A stretch of 64,000 nt of DNA from Candidatus Poriferisodalis sp. GTDB lineage: Bacteria > Actinomycetota > Acidimicrobiia > Acidimicrobiales > Poriferisodalaceae. The DNA lies in NCBI RefSeq assembly GCF_965208895.1, contig NZ_OZ242363.1, forward strand, positions 1,307,105 through 1,371,104, in the 5' to 3' direction. Of the stretch, positions 41,798 through 51,022 are shown in pieces; the first letter of the stretch is position 1; each line of letters opens with the position of its first letter. The position numbers and the translations under genes are program-made. The notes under the pieces were generated by a model. The model saw only the letters and a program-made list of their open reading frames with translations, did not search any database and was not told the origin of the DNA.

Positions 41798-42784
41798 CTA
41801 GCCACGGGCTGCGGGCGAAAGGTCTCGGGCGGCCTGGACTGGGTCGATGCCGCCAAAGGGCATGATCGAGATGGCCGAGACGTCGACGCCGTTGGCGTGA
41901 TAGCGGTCGATGTGCTCCCGGCACGCTTCCGGGGGCCCGTGCACCAGCAGTTCGTCGACGAGGTCGTCATCGATGACTTCGAGCGCGCCGCGACGGTCGC
42001 CCTCAGACCACCGCTCCCACATGGCGGCGAGCAGTTCGCCTCGGCCGAGCCAACGATGGAATTCGGCATAGACCGGCACGTTCAGGTACGCAGCCATCGC
42101 CCGTTTGAAGCCGGTCCGGACCGTGTCGGCGTCGGGATTGGGGCACACGAAGATGCGCGCCACCACTTCCTTGCCCTCGCCGCCCTCGTCGACGTAGGGG
42201 CGGACCGTGGCAACGTCGTCGGCAGAGAGCCAGTTGATGATCGCGCCGTCAGCCTCGCTGCCCGCCAGCCGCAGCATGCCGGGGCGCAGGGCGGCCAGCA
42301 GGATCGGCGGCTGGACCTCGGGCGGTCGGCCGAGACGGAAGCCCTGCACCTCGAAGGTGTCGTAGGTCTCGCTGATCCGCTCGCCGGTCAGGGCCCGGCG
42401 CAAGAACCGCGCCGTGTCACGCGTTCGTTTGAACGGCTCGTCGAAGGGGATGCCGTTCCAGCGTTCGACGATGACGTTGGAGGATGCGCCGATGCCCATG
42501 GCGAAGCGACCGGGCGCGGCCTCACAGATGGACGCCGTCTGCTGGGCCAACAGGGCAGGCCCACGGGTGAACACCGGGATGATGGCGATGCCCAGTCGCA
42601 CCTCAGGTACCCATTGGCTGGCCAGGACGAGCGGGGTGAACCCGTCTGTGCCGTCCGCTTCAGAGCTCCAGAACTCCGTGTAGCCAAGGTCGGCGAATTC
42701 GCGATAGAGGTCGGCTTGGGCGTGGAGGGGATCGCCGAAGGGAACCGTGATGCCGTAGCGCCAGCCGTGTCGATTGTCGGTCAC
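41798..42784 (-). CDS. Luciferase-like monooxygenase (LLM) class, F420-dependent oxidoreductase-like
   Basis: ..YTEFWSSEADGTDGF.., ..FAMGIGASS.. and ..RLAGSEADGAIINW.. are typical of the LLM F420 subgroup. Confidence 0.75.
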   Translation of the reverse strand: MTDNRHGWRYGITVPFGDPLHAQADLYREFADLGYTEFWSSEADGTDGFTPLVLASQWVPEVRLGIAIIPVFTRGPALLAQQTASICEAAPGRFAMGIGASSNVIVERWNGIPFDEPFKRTRDTARFLRRALTGERISETYDTFEVQGFRLGRPPEVQPPILLAALRPGMLRLAGSEADGAIINWLSADDVATVRPYVDEGGEGKEVVARIFVCPNPDADTVRTGFKRAMAAYLNVPVYAEFHRWLGRGELLAAMWERWSEGDRRGALEVIDDDLVDELLVHGPPEACREHIDRYHANGVDVSAISIMPFGGIDPVQAARDLSPAARG

Positions 42785-42820
42785 GGCGCGCAGGCTAGTG
42801 AGCCGTGACGAGACGTATCT

Positions 42821-42868
42821 CTGTGACGTCTGGTTGCTGTGACGTCTGGACTCTGTGACATCTGGTCG
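42821..42868. repeat. Three tandem 16-bp direct repeats (CTGTGACRTCTGGnnn)
   Basis: The units are ctgtgacgtctggttg, ctgtgacgtctggact and ctgtgacatctggtcg. Confidence 0.9.
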
Positions 42869-42935
42869 GCCGCGCGGCAGTACGGCGCAACCCGATGCAG
42901 GCTTTCGTGTAACACCCCCTGATCACACTGGGCAC

Positions 42936-43106
42936 ATGACAGAACAGCTTGATCTCGTACCCCAGCTCAGACTGGTGTCAACCAGCCGGATGCCCCACCG
43001 GCTGACCCGCGCGACCCGTCAGGAAGGACTGCGTGGCGTCGCCCGGGCACGGCTGGCGCTGGCCGCTACGGCACCTCCCCCTGAAATCGACCTTGACGCC
43101 GCCTGA
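42936..43106 (+). CDS. Possible small protein (56 aa), hypothetical
   Basis: GC3 is 17/20 for this frame in 42961-43020. It starts at an ATG (MTEQLDLVPQLRLV..) and has no recognisable motif. Confidence 0.35.
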   Translation: MTEQLDLVPQLRLVSTSRMPHRLTRATRQEGLRGVARARLALAATAPPPEIDLDAA

Positions 43107-43179
43107 TGTTGGCGGAGGCAGGCCGACGTCGGGCAATCCGTTGGGCAGGCTGTGCAGGGTCGCAAGTACAGTGCCGGCC

Positions 43180-44373
43180 ATGAGCAGCGCATCTGTGACC
43201 CCGCACTCCGACGACATCGTCATTGTCGACGCCGTCCGATCCCCCGTCGGCCGACGCGGCGGGGATCTGAGCGGCATGCATCCGTCCGACTTGCTCAGTG
43301 ATGTGATGACGTCGCTGATGGAGCGCACGCAAGTCGACCCCGCCAGCATCGGCCAGCTTGTGGGCGGCTGTGTCAGCCAAGCCGGCGAGCAGACGGCGAA
43401 CATCGCACGCACGGCGTGGCTCGGCGCCGGCTACCCGTTGTCGGTTGCCGCCACCACGGTCGACGCACAGTGCGGTTCGAGCCAGCAGGCAACCACGCTG
43501 GCGTATGGCTTGGTGGCCAGCGGCGTGGTCGACTCTGCCATCGGCTGCGGTGTCGAGTCCATGACGCGCAACCCGATGGGCTCGAGCTACAAGAAGGGGC
43601 AGCGCACCGCGACCTCCCGCTACAAGGAGCACTACGAGTACACCACGCAGTTCCAGGGCGCCGAGCTCATGGCCAAGCAGTGGGGCATCAGCCGGGAAGA
43701 ATGCGACGCCTTCGGCCTGCGCAGCCAGAACAACGCCGCCCGGGCGTGGGAAGAAGATCGTTTCGGCACCCAGATCGTCGAGATCGATGCGCCGGTGCTC
43801 GACGAAGACGGCAAGCCCACCGATGAGGTTCGCCACGTCGTGCGAGACGGCGGAATCAGGCCCACGACGGCGGAGGGGCTTGCGGGCCTCACGCCGGTGA
43901 TGGAAGGCGGCGTGCACACAGCGGGCGCCTCCTCGCAGATCAGCGACGGATCGGGCGCGGTGCTGCTCATGCGTGCCGGCCGAGCCGCCGAACTGGGTCT
44001 GCGACCGCTCGCCCGCATCGTCGATACCTGCCTGGTCGGCAGCGACCCCGTGCTGATGCTGACGGGGCCGATCGAGGCCACGAACTACCTGCTCGAACGC
44101 AACGGCATGCAAATGTCCGACATTGACATCGTCGAGATCAACGAGGCATTCGCGTCGGTCGTGCTGGCCTGGCAGCGTGAGGTGAACCCTGACATGGACG
44201 GGGTCAACCCCAACGGCGGCGCGATCGCGCTGGGTCATCCGCTGGGCGGCACCGGTGCGATCCTGCTGACCAAGGCGGTGCACGAGCTGCACCGAGCCGA
44301 CCGCAGCACCGCGCTCGTCACGATGTGCTGCGGCGGCGGGCTGGGCACCGGCACCCTTCTCGAGCGACTCTGA
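43180..44373 (+). CDS. Acetyl-CoA C-acyltransferase (thiolase)
   Basis: ..VIVDAVRSPVGRRGG.., ..TTVDAQCGSSQQA.. (active-site Cys) and ..MCCGGGLGTG.. at the C-terminus match thiolase. The start is trimmed to ATG 43180. Confidence 0.9.
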   Translation: MSSASVTPHSDDIVIVDAVRSPVGRRGGDLSGMHPSDLLSDVMTSLMERTQVDPASIGQLVGGCVSQAGEQTANIARTAWLGAGYPLSVAATTVDAQCGSSQQATTLAYGLVASGVVDSAIGCGVESMTRNPMGSSYKKGQRTATSRYKEHYEYTTQFQGAELMAKQWGISREECDAFGLRSQNNAARAWEEDRFGTQIVEIDAPVLDEDGKPTDEVRHVVRDGGIRPTTAEGLAGLTPVMEGGVHTAGASSQISDGSGAVLLMRAGRAAELGLRPLARIVDTCLVGSDPVLMLTGPIEATNYLLERNGMQMSDIDIVEINEAFASVVLAWQREVNPDMDGVNPNGGAIALGHPLGGTGAILLTKAVHELHRADRSTALVTMCCGGGLGTGTLLERL

Positions 44374-44469
44374 TCTGCGCCAATCGAGCATCGTCGAATC
44401 CGCCAAGGCGAGACGTGCCAACGCGTTGGTCGCCGACCGCCGGGTGACATACCGAGGCGCCCTCGTCCA

Positions 44470-45234
44470 ATGTCTTGGCCAGCATCGCCCGACCATGCCG
44501 ATCATCGTGTCGGGCCCGGTGCCCGTGACGTTCGGCCCGCTCGACGGCGTCGCAACACAGCGGTCGCGCGCATCGGTGTGTTCGCCGCGGCGTGTGCAGC
44601 AGCGTGGGGCGGGTGGCAGTACTTCGGCGCATCCGACGAGGCAGCGCAGACGTCGTCGGCACAGCGCCTGCCGGACACGGCCTCGGTCAGCCCCGCCGGC
44701 AGCGCCCCTCAACAGCCGCAGCCCCAAGCCGCCGCCGGTTCGGCCCAGCAGGGCGAACCGGCACCCGGAGCGGAAGTCGCAAGTTCCGCTCTCGAGTCGA
44801 ATGCTGTCGTGCTGGCAGTGATCGACGGCGACACGATGGACGTCGATCTCGGCGGGCGCCGTGCGACCGTGAGATTTCTCGGCATCGACACGCCGGAGAA
44901 AACCGGCGGCTACTTGCCGGCGGAGTGCGGCGGCGATGCGGCCACTCAGCGAACGGCGGAGCTGCTCCCGCCTGGCACCGATGTGCTGTTGCAGCGCGAC
45001 ATCGAGCTGTACGACCGGTATGACCGAGTACTGGCGTACGTCTACCGGGCAGCCGACGGACTGTTCGTGAATCGCTACCTCGTGCTCGACGGCTACGCCG
45101 GCACCATGCACTTCGAGCCGAACACCGAGCACCGGGCCGTGCTCGACGCTGCCGAGGCCGAGGCGCGCGCTGCCCGCAGGGGAATCTGGGCCGACTGCGG
45201 CGGTCCGAACCGGCAGCTCGAAGGCGCCAGTTAG
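44470..45234 (+). CDS. Thermonuclease (staphylococcal nuclease-like) family protein, membrane-anchored or secreted
   Basis: ..VIDGDTMDV..VRFLGIDTPE.. and ..YDRYDRVLAYVY.. form the SNase core. An N-terminal hydrophobic segment is present. Confidence 0.8.
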   Translation: MSWPASPDHADHRVGPGARDVRPARRRRNTAVARIGVFAAACAAAWGGWQYFGASDEAAQTSSAQRLPDTASVSPAGSAPQQPQPQAAAGSAQQGEPAPGAEVASSALESNAVVLAVIDGDTMDVDLGGRRATVRFLGIDTPEKTGGYLPAECGGDAATQRTAELLPPGTDVLLQRDIELYDRYDRVLAYVYRAADGLFVNRYLVLDGYAGTMHFEPNTEHRAVLDAAEAEARAARRGIWADCGGPNRQLEGAS

Positions 45235-45243
45235 CGTGTCGGC

Positions 45244-46098
45244 GTGGCACCGCTGCCGCAGCGGCTCGGATACGGCCCCGACGACAGACTGCTGATCATC
45301 AGCGCGGCCGGACTCGGCGGCTGCCACGCAATGAACGAAGGCGTGTACGCCGCTCTGCGAGACGGCTTGGCAACGACCGGAACGCTGCTCGTGCCGTGCC
45401 CATGGTCGCGCGAGGCCGCGGCGAGGTTCCGGGGCGAGGACATCGGCGTCTCGCTCACGCTCAATGCCGAGTTCGAGCTGTACCGGTGGGGACCGATCAC
45501 CTACGCCCCGTCGCTGCTCGACGGCAACGGCGGGATGCCCAGCACCGTGAGCGACGTGTGGGACCACGCCGATCTCGATGAGGTCCGACGGGAATGCCGA
45601 GCGCAGATCGAACGGGCAATCCTGTGGGGCTTCGACGTCACACACCTCGACAGCCACCTCGACGTGCTGAGCGTGCGTCCCGAGTTCTTCGACGTGTACT
45701 TGGAACTTGCGGTCGAGTTCGGGCTGCCTGTGCGGCTCATCTCTACCGAGGCTCGACGTCAGCTGGGATTTCCTGCTGAAGACCTGATCGAGTCCGAGGG
45801 CGTCGTGACACCAGATCGGGTCGTGCGCATTGCGCCCGGAGCCATGGGGCGATACCGGCGTATCGAGGCGCTGCTGGACTCGCTCGAACCGGGGTTGACC
45901 GAGCTGCAACTGCAACCCGCCGCGGACTTGCCTGAGCTGCGGTCGCTGACCGCCGAATGGGGCTCGCGCGTCGAAGACCTGCTGCACCTGCGTGACAACG
46001 CCGAGCTGCGCACACATATCGAGCGCAGCGGGATCCGGCTCGTGGGCTACCGGGAGCTGCGGGGGCTGCAGCGGTCCGAAGCCAGCACCCTGAGCTAG
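45244..46098 (+). CDS. ChbG/YdjC-family carbohydrate deacetylase
   Basis: ..LIISAAGLGGCHAMNEG.. and ..THLDSHLDV.. match the family. The last ~50 codons lie in direct repeat DR-L. Confidence 0.7.
   Translation: MAPLPQRLGYGPDDRLLIISAAGLGGCHAMNEGVYAALRDGLATTGTLLVPCPWSREAAARFRGEDIGVSLTLNAEFELYRWGPITYAPSLLDGNGGMPSTVSDVWDHADLDEVRRECRAQIERAILWGFDVTHLDSHLDVLSVRPEFFDVYLELAVEFGLPVRLISTEARRQLGFPAEDLIESEGVVTPDRVVRIAPGAMGRYRRIEALLDSLEPGLTELQLQPAADLPELRSLTAEWGSRVEDLLHLRDNAELRTHIERSGIRLVGYRELRGLQRSEASTLS
45941..46078. repeat. 138-bp direct repeat DR-L (3' end of the ChbG-like gene)
   Basis: It matches 49579-49716 with about 5-6 mismatches by hand alignment. Confidence 0.9.
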
Positions 46099-46145
46099 CT
46101 TCAACTAGTTACCAGAGAGGCTACCTGAAAGTCTCACACCAGATT

Positions 46146-46988
46146 TCAGAGTAGCTCGAAGACGGCGACACCATCAATAAGACCCCGCTCAGCAGCGCTC
46201 GAAACTGTTGTGGGCATCATCGCCGCGATCGGACTTCGAGGACGATATCGCCGCAGAGCCGTCATCATCGGCCAGTAGTCAATACAGAGCCACCCGGCGC
46301 GCTCGAATATCTGCAAGTCTTCTAACCCATAAAAACCGAATCGAGTTCCTAAACGCTCTGCAGTATCCCGCAGTTTCCGCAGCTGGCCGGGCGAAACAAG
46401 ATCTCCTACGAGATAGCGGCAGCGTCCTGACCGCGCAAGTTCTTCCATCAGAACCTGGGCCTCAGGACGACTAAGGTATATGAAGAATCCCTCTGCAACG
46501 ACAGCAGCGCCGTCAATGTCCGGTACATGTTCAAGGAGCGCGTCAAACCAACCCGAGCATCCCACATCAAGTGCACATCGCACGAGTCTCGTCGTCGACG
46601 AGTGATTCACCAACAACTGCGTTTTGCATTCAAGGACTCTGGGATCATCAACCTCTATAAGTCTAACTTCATCGGCAAAGCGCATTCGGTAGGGTCTGGT
46701 ATCGAAGCCTGCGCCCACATTAAGGATATCACTGATGCGAGCTTCACTAATCGAATCAGCAATGAGCTTGTCGAACATAAGCGATCTCAATGCAATTAGA
46801 TCTGCGCTATCACCAAGCAGAGCAACCAACCGTGAGTAGGCGACTGGTGAGTCGGCGAGAAACAGGGCTGCCAAGTTATCTACCACCAAGGCATCCGCTC
46901 TCTTAGCCTCAAATGACCGAGCTAGCGCGGCAGCATACGCCGCATGAAACGTCTCGATACGAGGCCAACTAGCTAGGTTATCGCGCAT
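46146..46988 (-). CDS. Class I SAM-dependent methyltransferase (leucine carboxyl / mycobacterial O-methyltransferase-like family)
   Basis: ..ILNVGAGFDTRPYRM.. is the SAM-binding signature. Confidence 0.65.
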   Translation of the reverse strand: MRDNLASWPRIETFHAAYAAALARSFEAKRADALVVDNLAALFLADSPVAYSRLVALLGDSADLIALRSLMFDKLIADSISEARISDILNVGAGFDTRPYRMRFADEVRLIEVDDPRVLECKTQLLVNHSSTTRLVRCALDVGCSGWFDALLEHVPDIDGAAVVAEGFFIYLSRPEAQVLMEELARSGRCRYLVGDLVSPGQLRKLRDTAERLGTRFGFYGLEDLQIFERAGWLCIDYWPMMTALRRYRPRSPIAAMMPTTVSSAAERGLIDGVAVFELL

Positions 46989-46997
46989 AGGACGTGT

Positions 46998-47735
46998 TCA
47001 ATCCCATCGAAAACAGCGGATTGACAGCACAGAACAGACGAATGTAGATCCCGCCAAGATCGCGGTTCCAGTAGTCCAGTTTGGATCGATAGCCTCAAGC
47101 CAGACGCCTTGCAAAAGATCGATACCCCACGCTAACGGCAGTGCTTTAGCTACGGTCTGGAACGCCGGCGGCATCAGTTCTAAGGGATATGTAGCACCCG
47201 ACAAGAAGATCATGGGAAAATAGACGAGCATAGCGACAACGGTGGCAGTTCGCTCGTTCGGTGCATATGATGCGATGAGGAAACCGATCGAATAGGTTGA
47301 CATCAACACCAACAGCAGTGCCGGTACCAATCCGAACCAGTTGTCAGCCATGCGAAGATCCAGAAAAAGGGCCCCGACCACCACCAAGAGGATCAGTCCC
47401 ACAAGTGTAAGTACCAGATTGACGATCAACTGTGCCAACAGTAACGTCGATGGCTTCGCCGGCGTCACCAACAGGCGACGCAGAACTCCTTTGTCACGAT
47501 ATTCTGCCATAGTCAGCGGAAAACTCATCACTCCGGTAACAGCAATTACTAATGCCATATAGGCGGGGACCGTGATGTCTACCGTACCGAGGCCATCGAA
47601 TATTTCGGCTGGCCCGTTGCCGAATATCGAACCGAAAATCAGCAACATCATAACTGGAAATGCCAGCGAGAAGAAAACGGTGGGAAAGAAGCGCAGGATT
47701 CGACGCCACTCAAAGCGGATAGCACTAACGAGCAT
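46998..47735 (-). CDS. ABC-2 type transporter permease
   Basis: The 245-aa ORF has six hydrophobic segments and overlaps the ATPase gene by 11 nt. Confidence 0.7.
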   Translation of the reverse strand: MLVSAIRFEWRRILRFFPTVFFSLAFPVMMLLIFGSIFGNGPAEIFDGLGTVDITVPAYMALVIAVTGVMSFPLTMAEYRDKGVLRRLLVTPAKPSTLLLAQLIVNLVLTLVGLILLVVVGALFLDLRMADNWFGLVPALLLVLMSTYSIGFLIASYAPNERTATVVAMLVYFPMIFLSGATYPLELMPPAFQTVAKALPLAWGIDLLQGVWLEAIDPNWTTGTAILAGSTFVCSVLSIRCFRWD

Positions 47736-48681
47736 TGGAGCCTTCCTCTGGCGCTAAACCCGTGAGATAGATGAAGGCATCCTCCATACTCGGTGACTTA
47801 TGACGAATCTGGCTTGGGTCGCCTCCATGGTCACGCACGGCGGCCGCTATCGCGTCGTGGCCAGCCGGATATGGCCCACGCAGGACGATACGACGGCCTT
47901 GACGTTCTGCTGCCGTGACATGATTGAGGCGCTGGAGCGTATCGAGATCAAGCCTGTCACCAATATTCGCATCCAAAACGTAATGATTCCAATCTGAACA
48001 CTGATCGATAAAGTGCTTTACCGTTCCGCTCTCGCGTACGGCGCCGTCTACGAGCAACATGACGCGATCACAGAGTGTTTCGACTTCATCCATATGGTGC
48101 GATGTGAGCACAATCGCTGTGCCGGCTTCGCTCAGCGTCCGTAGTATCTCCCAGGTCGCACGGCGCGCCACCGGGTCGAGGCCTGTCGTGAGTTCGTCCA
48201 GAAACAGAATCTCGGGTCGTCCAATCAAGGCCAAGACGAGTGACAGCTTCTGTTGCTCACCGCCTGAGAGCCTGTCTACGTACTCGGTTCGCCGTGCATC
48301 TAGCCCAAACTGAGCGAGCAGATCGGCGAAGGAACGCGGAGACTCATAGAAGCCGGTGAACAATTCGCATAGTTCATTCACTCTTGTACGCGACGGGTAA
48401 GATGTCGGCTGGAGCTGTACACCGATCCGAGCGGCCAACTTGCCCCGATGCTTGATGGGATCCAGGCCGAAGAGCCTGATTTCGCCAGCCGATCCTTTAC
48501 GTAATCCTTCAATGCACTCAATTAACGATGTCTTGCCCGCGCCGTTGGGTCCGATGATGCCCAGGATTTCGCCAGGATCAAGATCGACATCCACGTCACG
48601 TACACCATATAGATCGCCGTATTTGACGCTTACCTTTCGTGCCCGCAGGGGCGGTGATGTATTGAGCTTCACGATGGCCAC
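47725..48681 (-). CDS. ABC transporter ATP-binding protein (ABC-2 partner)
   Basis: Walker A is GPNGAGKTS, the signature is LSGGEQQK and Walker B is LFLDELTTGLD. Confidence 0.85.
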   Translation of the reverse strand: MAIVKLNTSPPLRARKVSVKYGDLYGVRDVDVDLDPGEILGIIGPNGAGKTSLIECIEGLRKGSAGEIRLFGLDPIKHRGKLAARIGVQLQPTSYPSRTRVNELCELFTGFYESPRSFADLLAQFGLDARRTEYVDRLSGGEQQKLSLVLALIGRPEILFLDELTTGLDPVARRATWEILRTLSEAGTAIVLTSHHMDEVETLCDRVMLLVDGAVRESGTVKHFIDQCSDWNHYVLDANIGDRLDLDTLQRLNHVTAAERQGRRIVLRGPYPAGHDAIAAAVRDHGGDPSQIRHKSPSMEDAFIYLTGLAPEEGSNAR

Positions 48682-48727
48682 GGTCTCCGGGCGGCCCGGC
48701 GCAAAAAGCAGGTGGCAACCGAACAGG

Positions 48728-49474
48728 TCACGATTGGCGGCTCATCTCGCCAGAATAGAAAGACATACTTGAATAGTAGCATGCAAATGACATATGAACT
48801 GCCAGGGCCGGGAGGACGTTGTTGTAGGCGACCACCAGAATACCACCGAAGACCGAAATAACTAGGCTCGCCGAACCGATCACCAAGGCAGCCACCTTGT
48901 TATCGCAAAACATGACCTAGCCTGCCGTAAACAATAGCGCGCCCGTCGCAAAAGCAAGCCATGCGCTGCCACCCGCGGCATCAACTGCTGCATATACCAC
49001 GCCACGGAAGTAGATTTCCTCAACCAAGGCGCCCAGCATCGGTGCAGCAAATCGCACTCTCAGCGGGATCGCATCGAGTACGGCCAACCAACGTACCTTA
49101 CAAATCGAATTCCGGAGGTCAGTAGCCGGTCGAATCGCCATCACAGTACCCACACCCATGGCTACCCAAGACAAACTACCGATCAGACCTAGACATGTTG
49201 AAGCCAGCAGCTCTAAACTGAGATTCGTTAGGAAAAGATCCGTGAACGATATGCGTGCGAGATCAGCAACAATTATGCATGCTCCCATACCTAGAGCGGC
49301 ATAGAGGATCGTGCCAGATATGGCGTATGCCAACGCGGGGCGAAGCGAAGTGATCGTACCCAACACCAAGGCAACGCGATTCGCGCGCTGTCGATCGGCT
49401 AACGGCAGTCGATATATTGCAAACCAAGCGGCAGCAACGCTAGTCGTTAGTACGAGCGTCGGTAGCAATGTCAT
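48728..49474 (-). pseudogene. CPBP-family (CAAX/Abi) intramembrane protease interrupted by an in-frame TAG at 48917-48919
   Basis: Motif 1 is ..LVEEIYFRG... The reading is ..ALLFTAG-TAG-VMFCDNK.., which continues in the same frame as track ORF 48728-48913. The start is trimmed to ATG 49474. Confidence 0.6.
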
Positions 49475-49578
49475 GCTGTTCGGTTCCCCACCACAGCTAG
49501 TGTCGCGTTTTGGGCCAGATGTACTAGTATCGGCACGATCAACGCATACCCGGCTGCAACGAACAGTGAACCGTAGGA

Positions 49579-49716
49579 GGTCGCTGACCGCCGAATGGGG
49601 TTCGCGCGTCGAAGACCTGCTGCACCTGCGTGACAACGCCGAGCTGCGCACACATATCGAGCGCAGCGGGATCTGGCTCGTGGGCTATCGGGAGCTGCGG
49701 GCGCTACAGCGGTCCG
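49579..49716. repeat. 138-bp direct repeat DR-R (displaced copy of the ChbG-like 3' end; reading frame continues to a TGA at 49725-49727)
   Basis: See DR-L. It translates to ..LTAEWGSRVEDLLHLRDNAELRTHIERSGIWLVGYRELRALQRSGAG. Confidence 0.9.
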
Positions 49717-49743
49717 GCGCTGGCTGACCCACGCCGGCTCTGC

Positions 49744-50097
49744 TCAGTTTGGTGCGCCCAGTGAGCCCGCGGCGCGCCATGCCGGCAGGAGCTCCAGCCA
49801 CAGCGCCATATCGCCGGACACCTTGAGATCCCCGGCCATGTAGTACCGGGCGGGATCGGCATCGCCGTAAACCACGTCGGCTGCGAGCTGCCACGGGGCT
49901 TCGAGCGTCAGGTCGGCACCCCGGGTGGTTCCCGCAGACGCCGACGTCAAAACGCCGGATTCGAACAACAGGCTGACGGCGACCTTGCCGTCGGGGCCGC
50001 CGGCAGTCTTCATCACGATCGTGCCCGACACCGTCCCGAGAGGCTCATGGCCAGCGTCTGCCCACGTCGCCAGGAACTCGTCGTCGAGGAAGCTCAC
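49744..50097 (-). CDS. SCP2 sterol-binding-domain protein
   Basis: The 117-aa ORF contains ..YYMAGDLKVSGDMALWLEL... It has a 4-nt overlap with mca, a pairing common in Actinobacteria. Confidence 0.6.
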   Translation of the reverse strand: MSFLDDEFLATWADAGHEPLGTVSGTIVMKTAGGPDGKVAVSLLFESGVLTSASAGTTRGADLTLEAPWQLAADVVYGDADPARYYMAGDLKVSGDMALWLELLPAWRAAGSLGAPN

Positions 50098-50951
50098 CGG
50101 CGCAGTCCGGCAAACAGATCGCTCTCCATCGGCTCGGTCGAGATGCGCGACTCGAGCAACATGTACTCCTCGTACGGATGGATCGAATCGGCAACGTTGT
50201 CAGGCAATCCGAACCAGAACGGCGAGTCGGGGTCGACTTGGGTGGCGTGGGCCAGCAGCGCCTTGCGCCGCACCGCGTTGTCGACCTCGACGACCGCGGT
50301 GATGCGGTCGTCCCGACTCGGCCTTCCGAGCCATTTCTCGTCGAACGGAGACTCCAATTCCAGGTCCAGGAAGGCTTGGTGGATGAGGCGCATCCGCTTG
50401 TGGGACCAGACGGGCGCGTACATCTTCATCGGCGTGAAGGCCGGTCCGCACTCGGGGCGCCAGGCCGGCTCGCCGGCGTGAGCGAAGGCAGGAATGCAGA
50501 TTGCGGTGACCTGCAGGTGATCGGGATGCGGGTAGCGCGATTGCACCAGCGGGTAGGTCAGGATGACGTGCGGGCGCACTCGGCGGATCACGGTCACGAG
50601 CCGGGCAACGGCTTCGTCGAGGTCTGCGTTGGCGAAAGCGTCGGGATGGGCGTTGGCTTCGGTGTCGGGCATTCCGGAGTCGCGGTAGCCCAGCATGACC
50701 ACCTCGTCGTATCCGATCTCCGCTGCGGACGCATCCAGCTCTGCGCGCCGGACCTCAGCCAGATTGTCCTTCACCTCGGGCCGGTCCATCGCCGGGTTCA
50801 GGATGTCGCCTTCTTCGCCGCCGGTGCAGCACACGAGCGTGGTGCGGATGCCCTCATCGGCGTACCGGCGGACCGTGCCCGCGCCCTTCGATGCTTCGTC
50901 GTCGGGATGAGCATGAACCGCGAGAATTGACAGACCTGTGTCCTGCGACAT
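50094..50951 (-). CDS. mca: Mycothiol conjugate amidase (PIG-L/LmbE family)
   Basis: ..ILAVHAHPDDEASKGAGTVRRYADEG.., ..GGEEGDILNPAM.., ..YPHPDH.., ..AHATQVDP.. and the terminal ..DLFAGLRR are colinear with mycobacterial Mca as I remember it. Confidence 0.8.
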   Translation of the reverse strand: MSQDTGLSILAVHAHPDDEASKGAGTVRRYADEGIRTTLVCCTGGEEGDILNPAMDRPEVKDNLAEVRRAELDASAAEIGYDEVVMLGYRDSGMPDTEANAHPDAFANADLDEAVARLVTVIRRVRPHVILTYPLVQSRYPHPDHLQVTAICIPAFAHAGEPAWRPECGPAFTPMKMYAPVWSHKRMRLIHQAFLDLELESPFDEKWLGRPSRDDRITAVVEVDNAVRRKALLAHATQVDPDSPFWFGLPDNVADSIHPYEEYMLLESRISTEPMESDLFAGLRR

Positions 50952-51022
50952 CGGCGGTCAAGCTATCGGCATGAGCGCTGCGCCGACTGTCTGTCGGAGG
51001 CCGCCGGAGAGAGTCACGGCGG

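Larger units (their letters stand above)
46079..49578. mobile_element. Low-GC genomic islet bounded by the 138-bp direct repeats; no recombinase gene seen
   Basis: A sampled line is about 43% GC against the ~67% flanks. It contains four co-directional minus-strand genes. Confidence 0.55.

Noticed and set aside
43066-46104. 1012-aa minus-strand ORF, the longest in the track
   Set aside because: It is antisense to three well-supported plus-strand genes (thiolase, thermonuclease, ChbG-like). Its product is R/A/G/H-rich with no motifs. This is the usual stop-poor shadow frame of high-GC DNA.
45759-49651. Apparent small-protein family MRSSALSRRCSRSSTREPHSAVSD.. (track ORF 45759-46013 and the N-terminus of 48917-49651)
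   Set aside because: Both are antisense translations of the two copies of the 138-bp direct repeat. They are not a real gene family.
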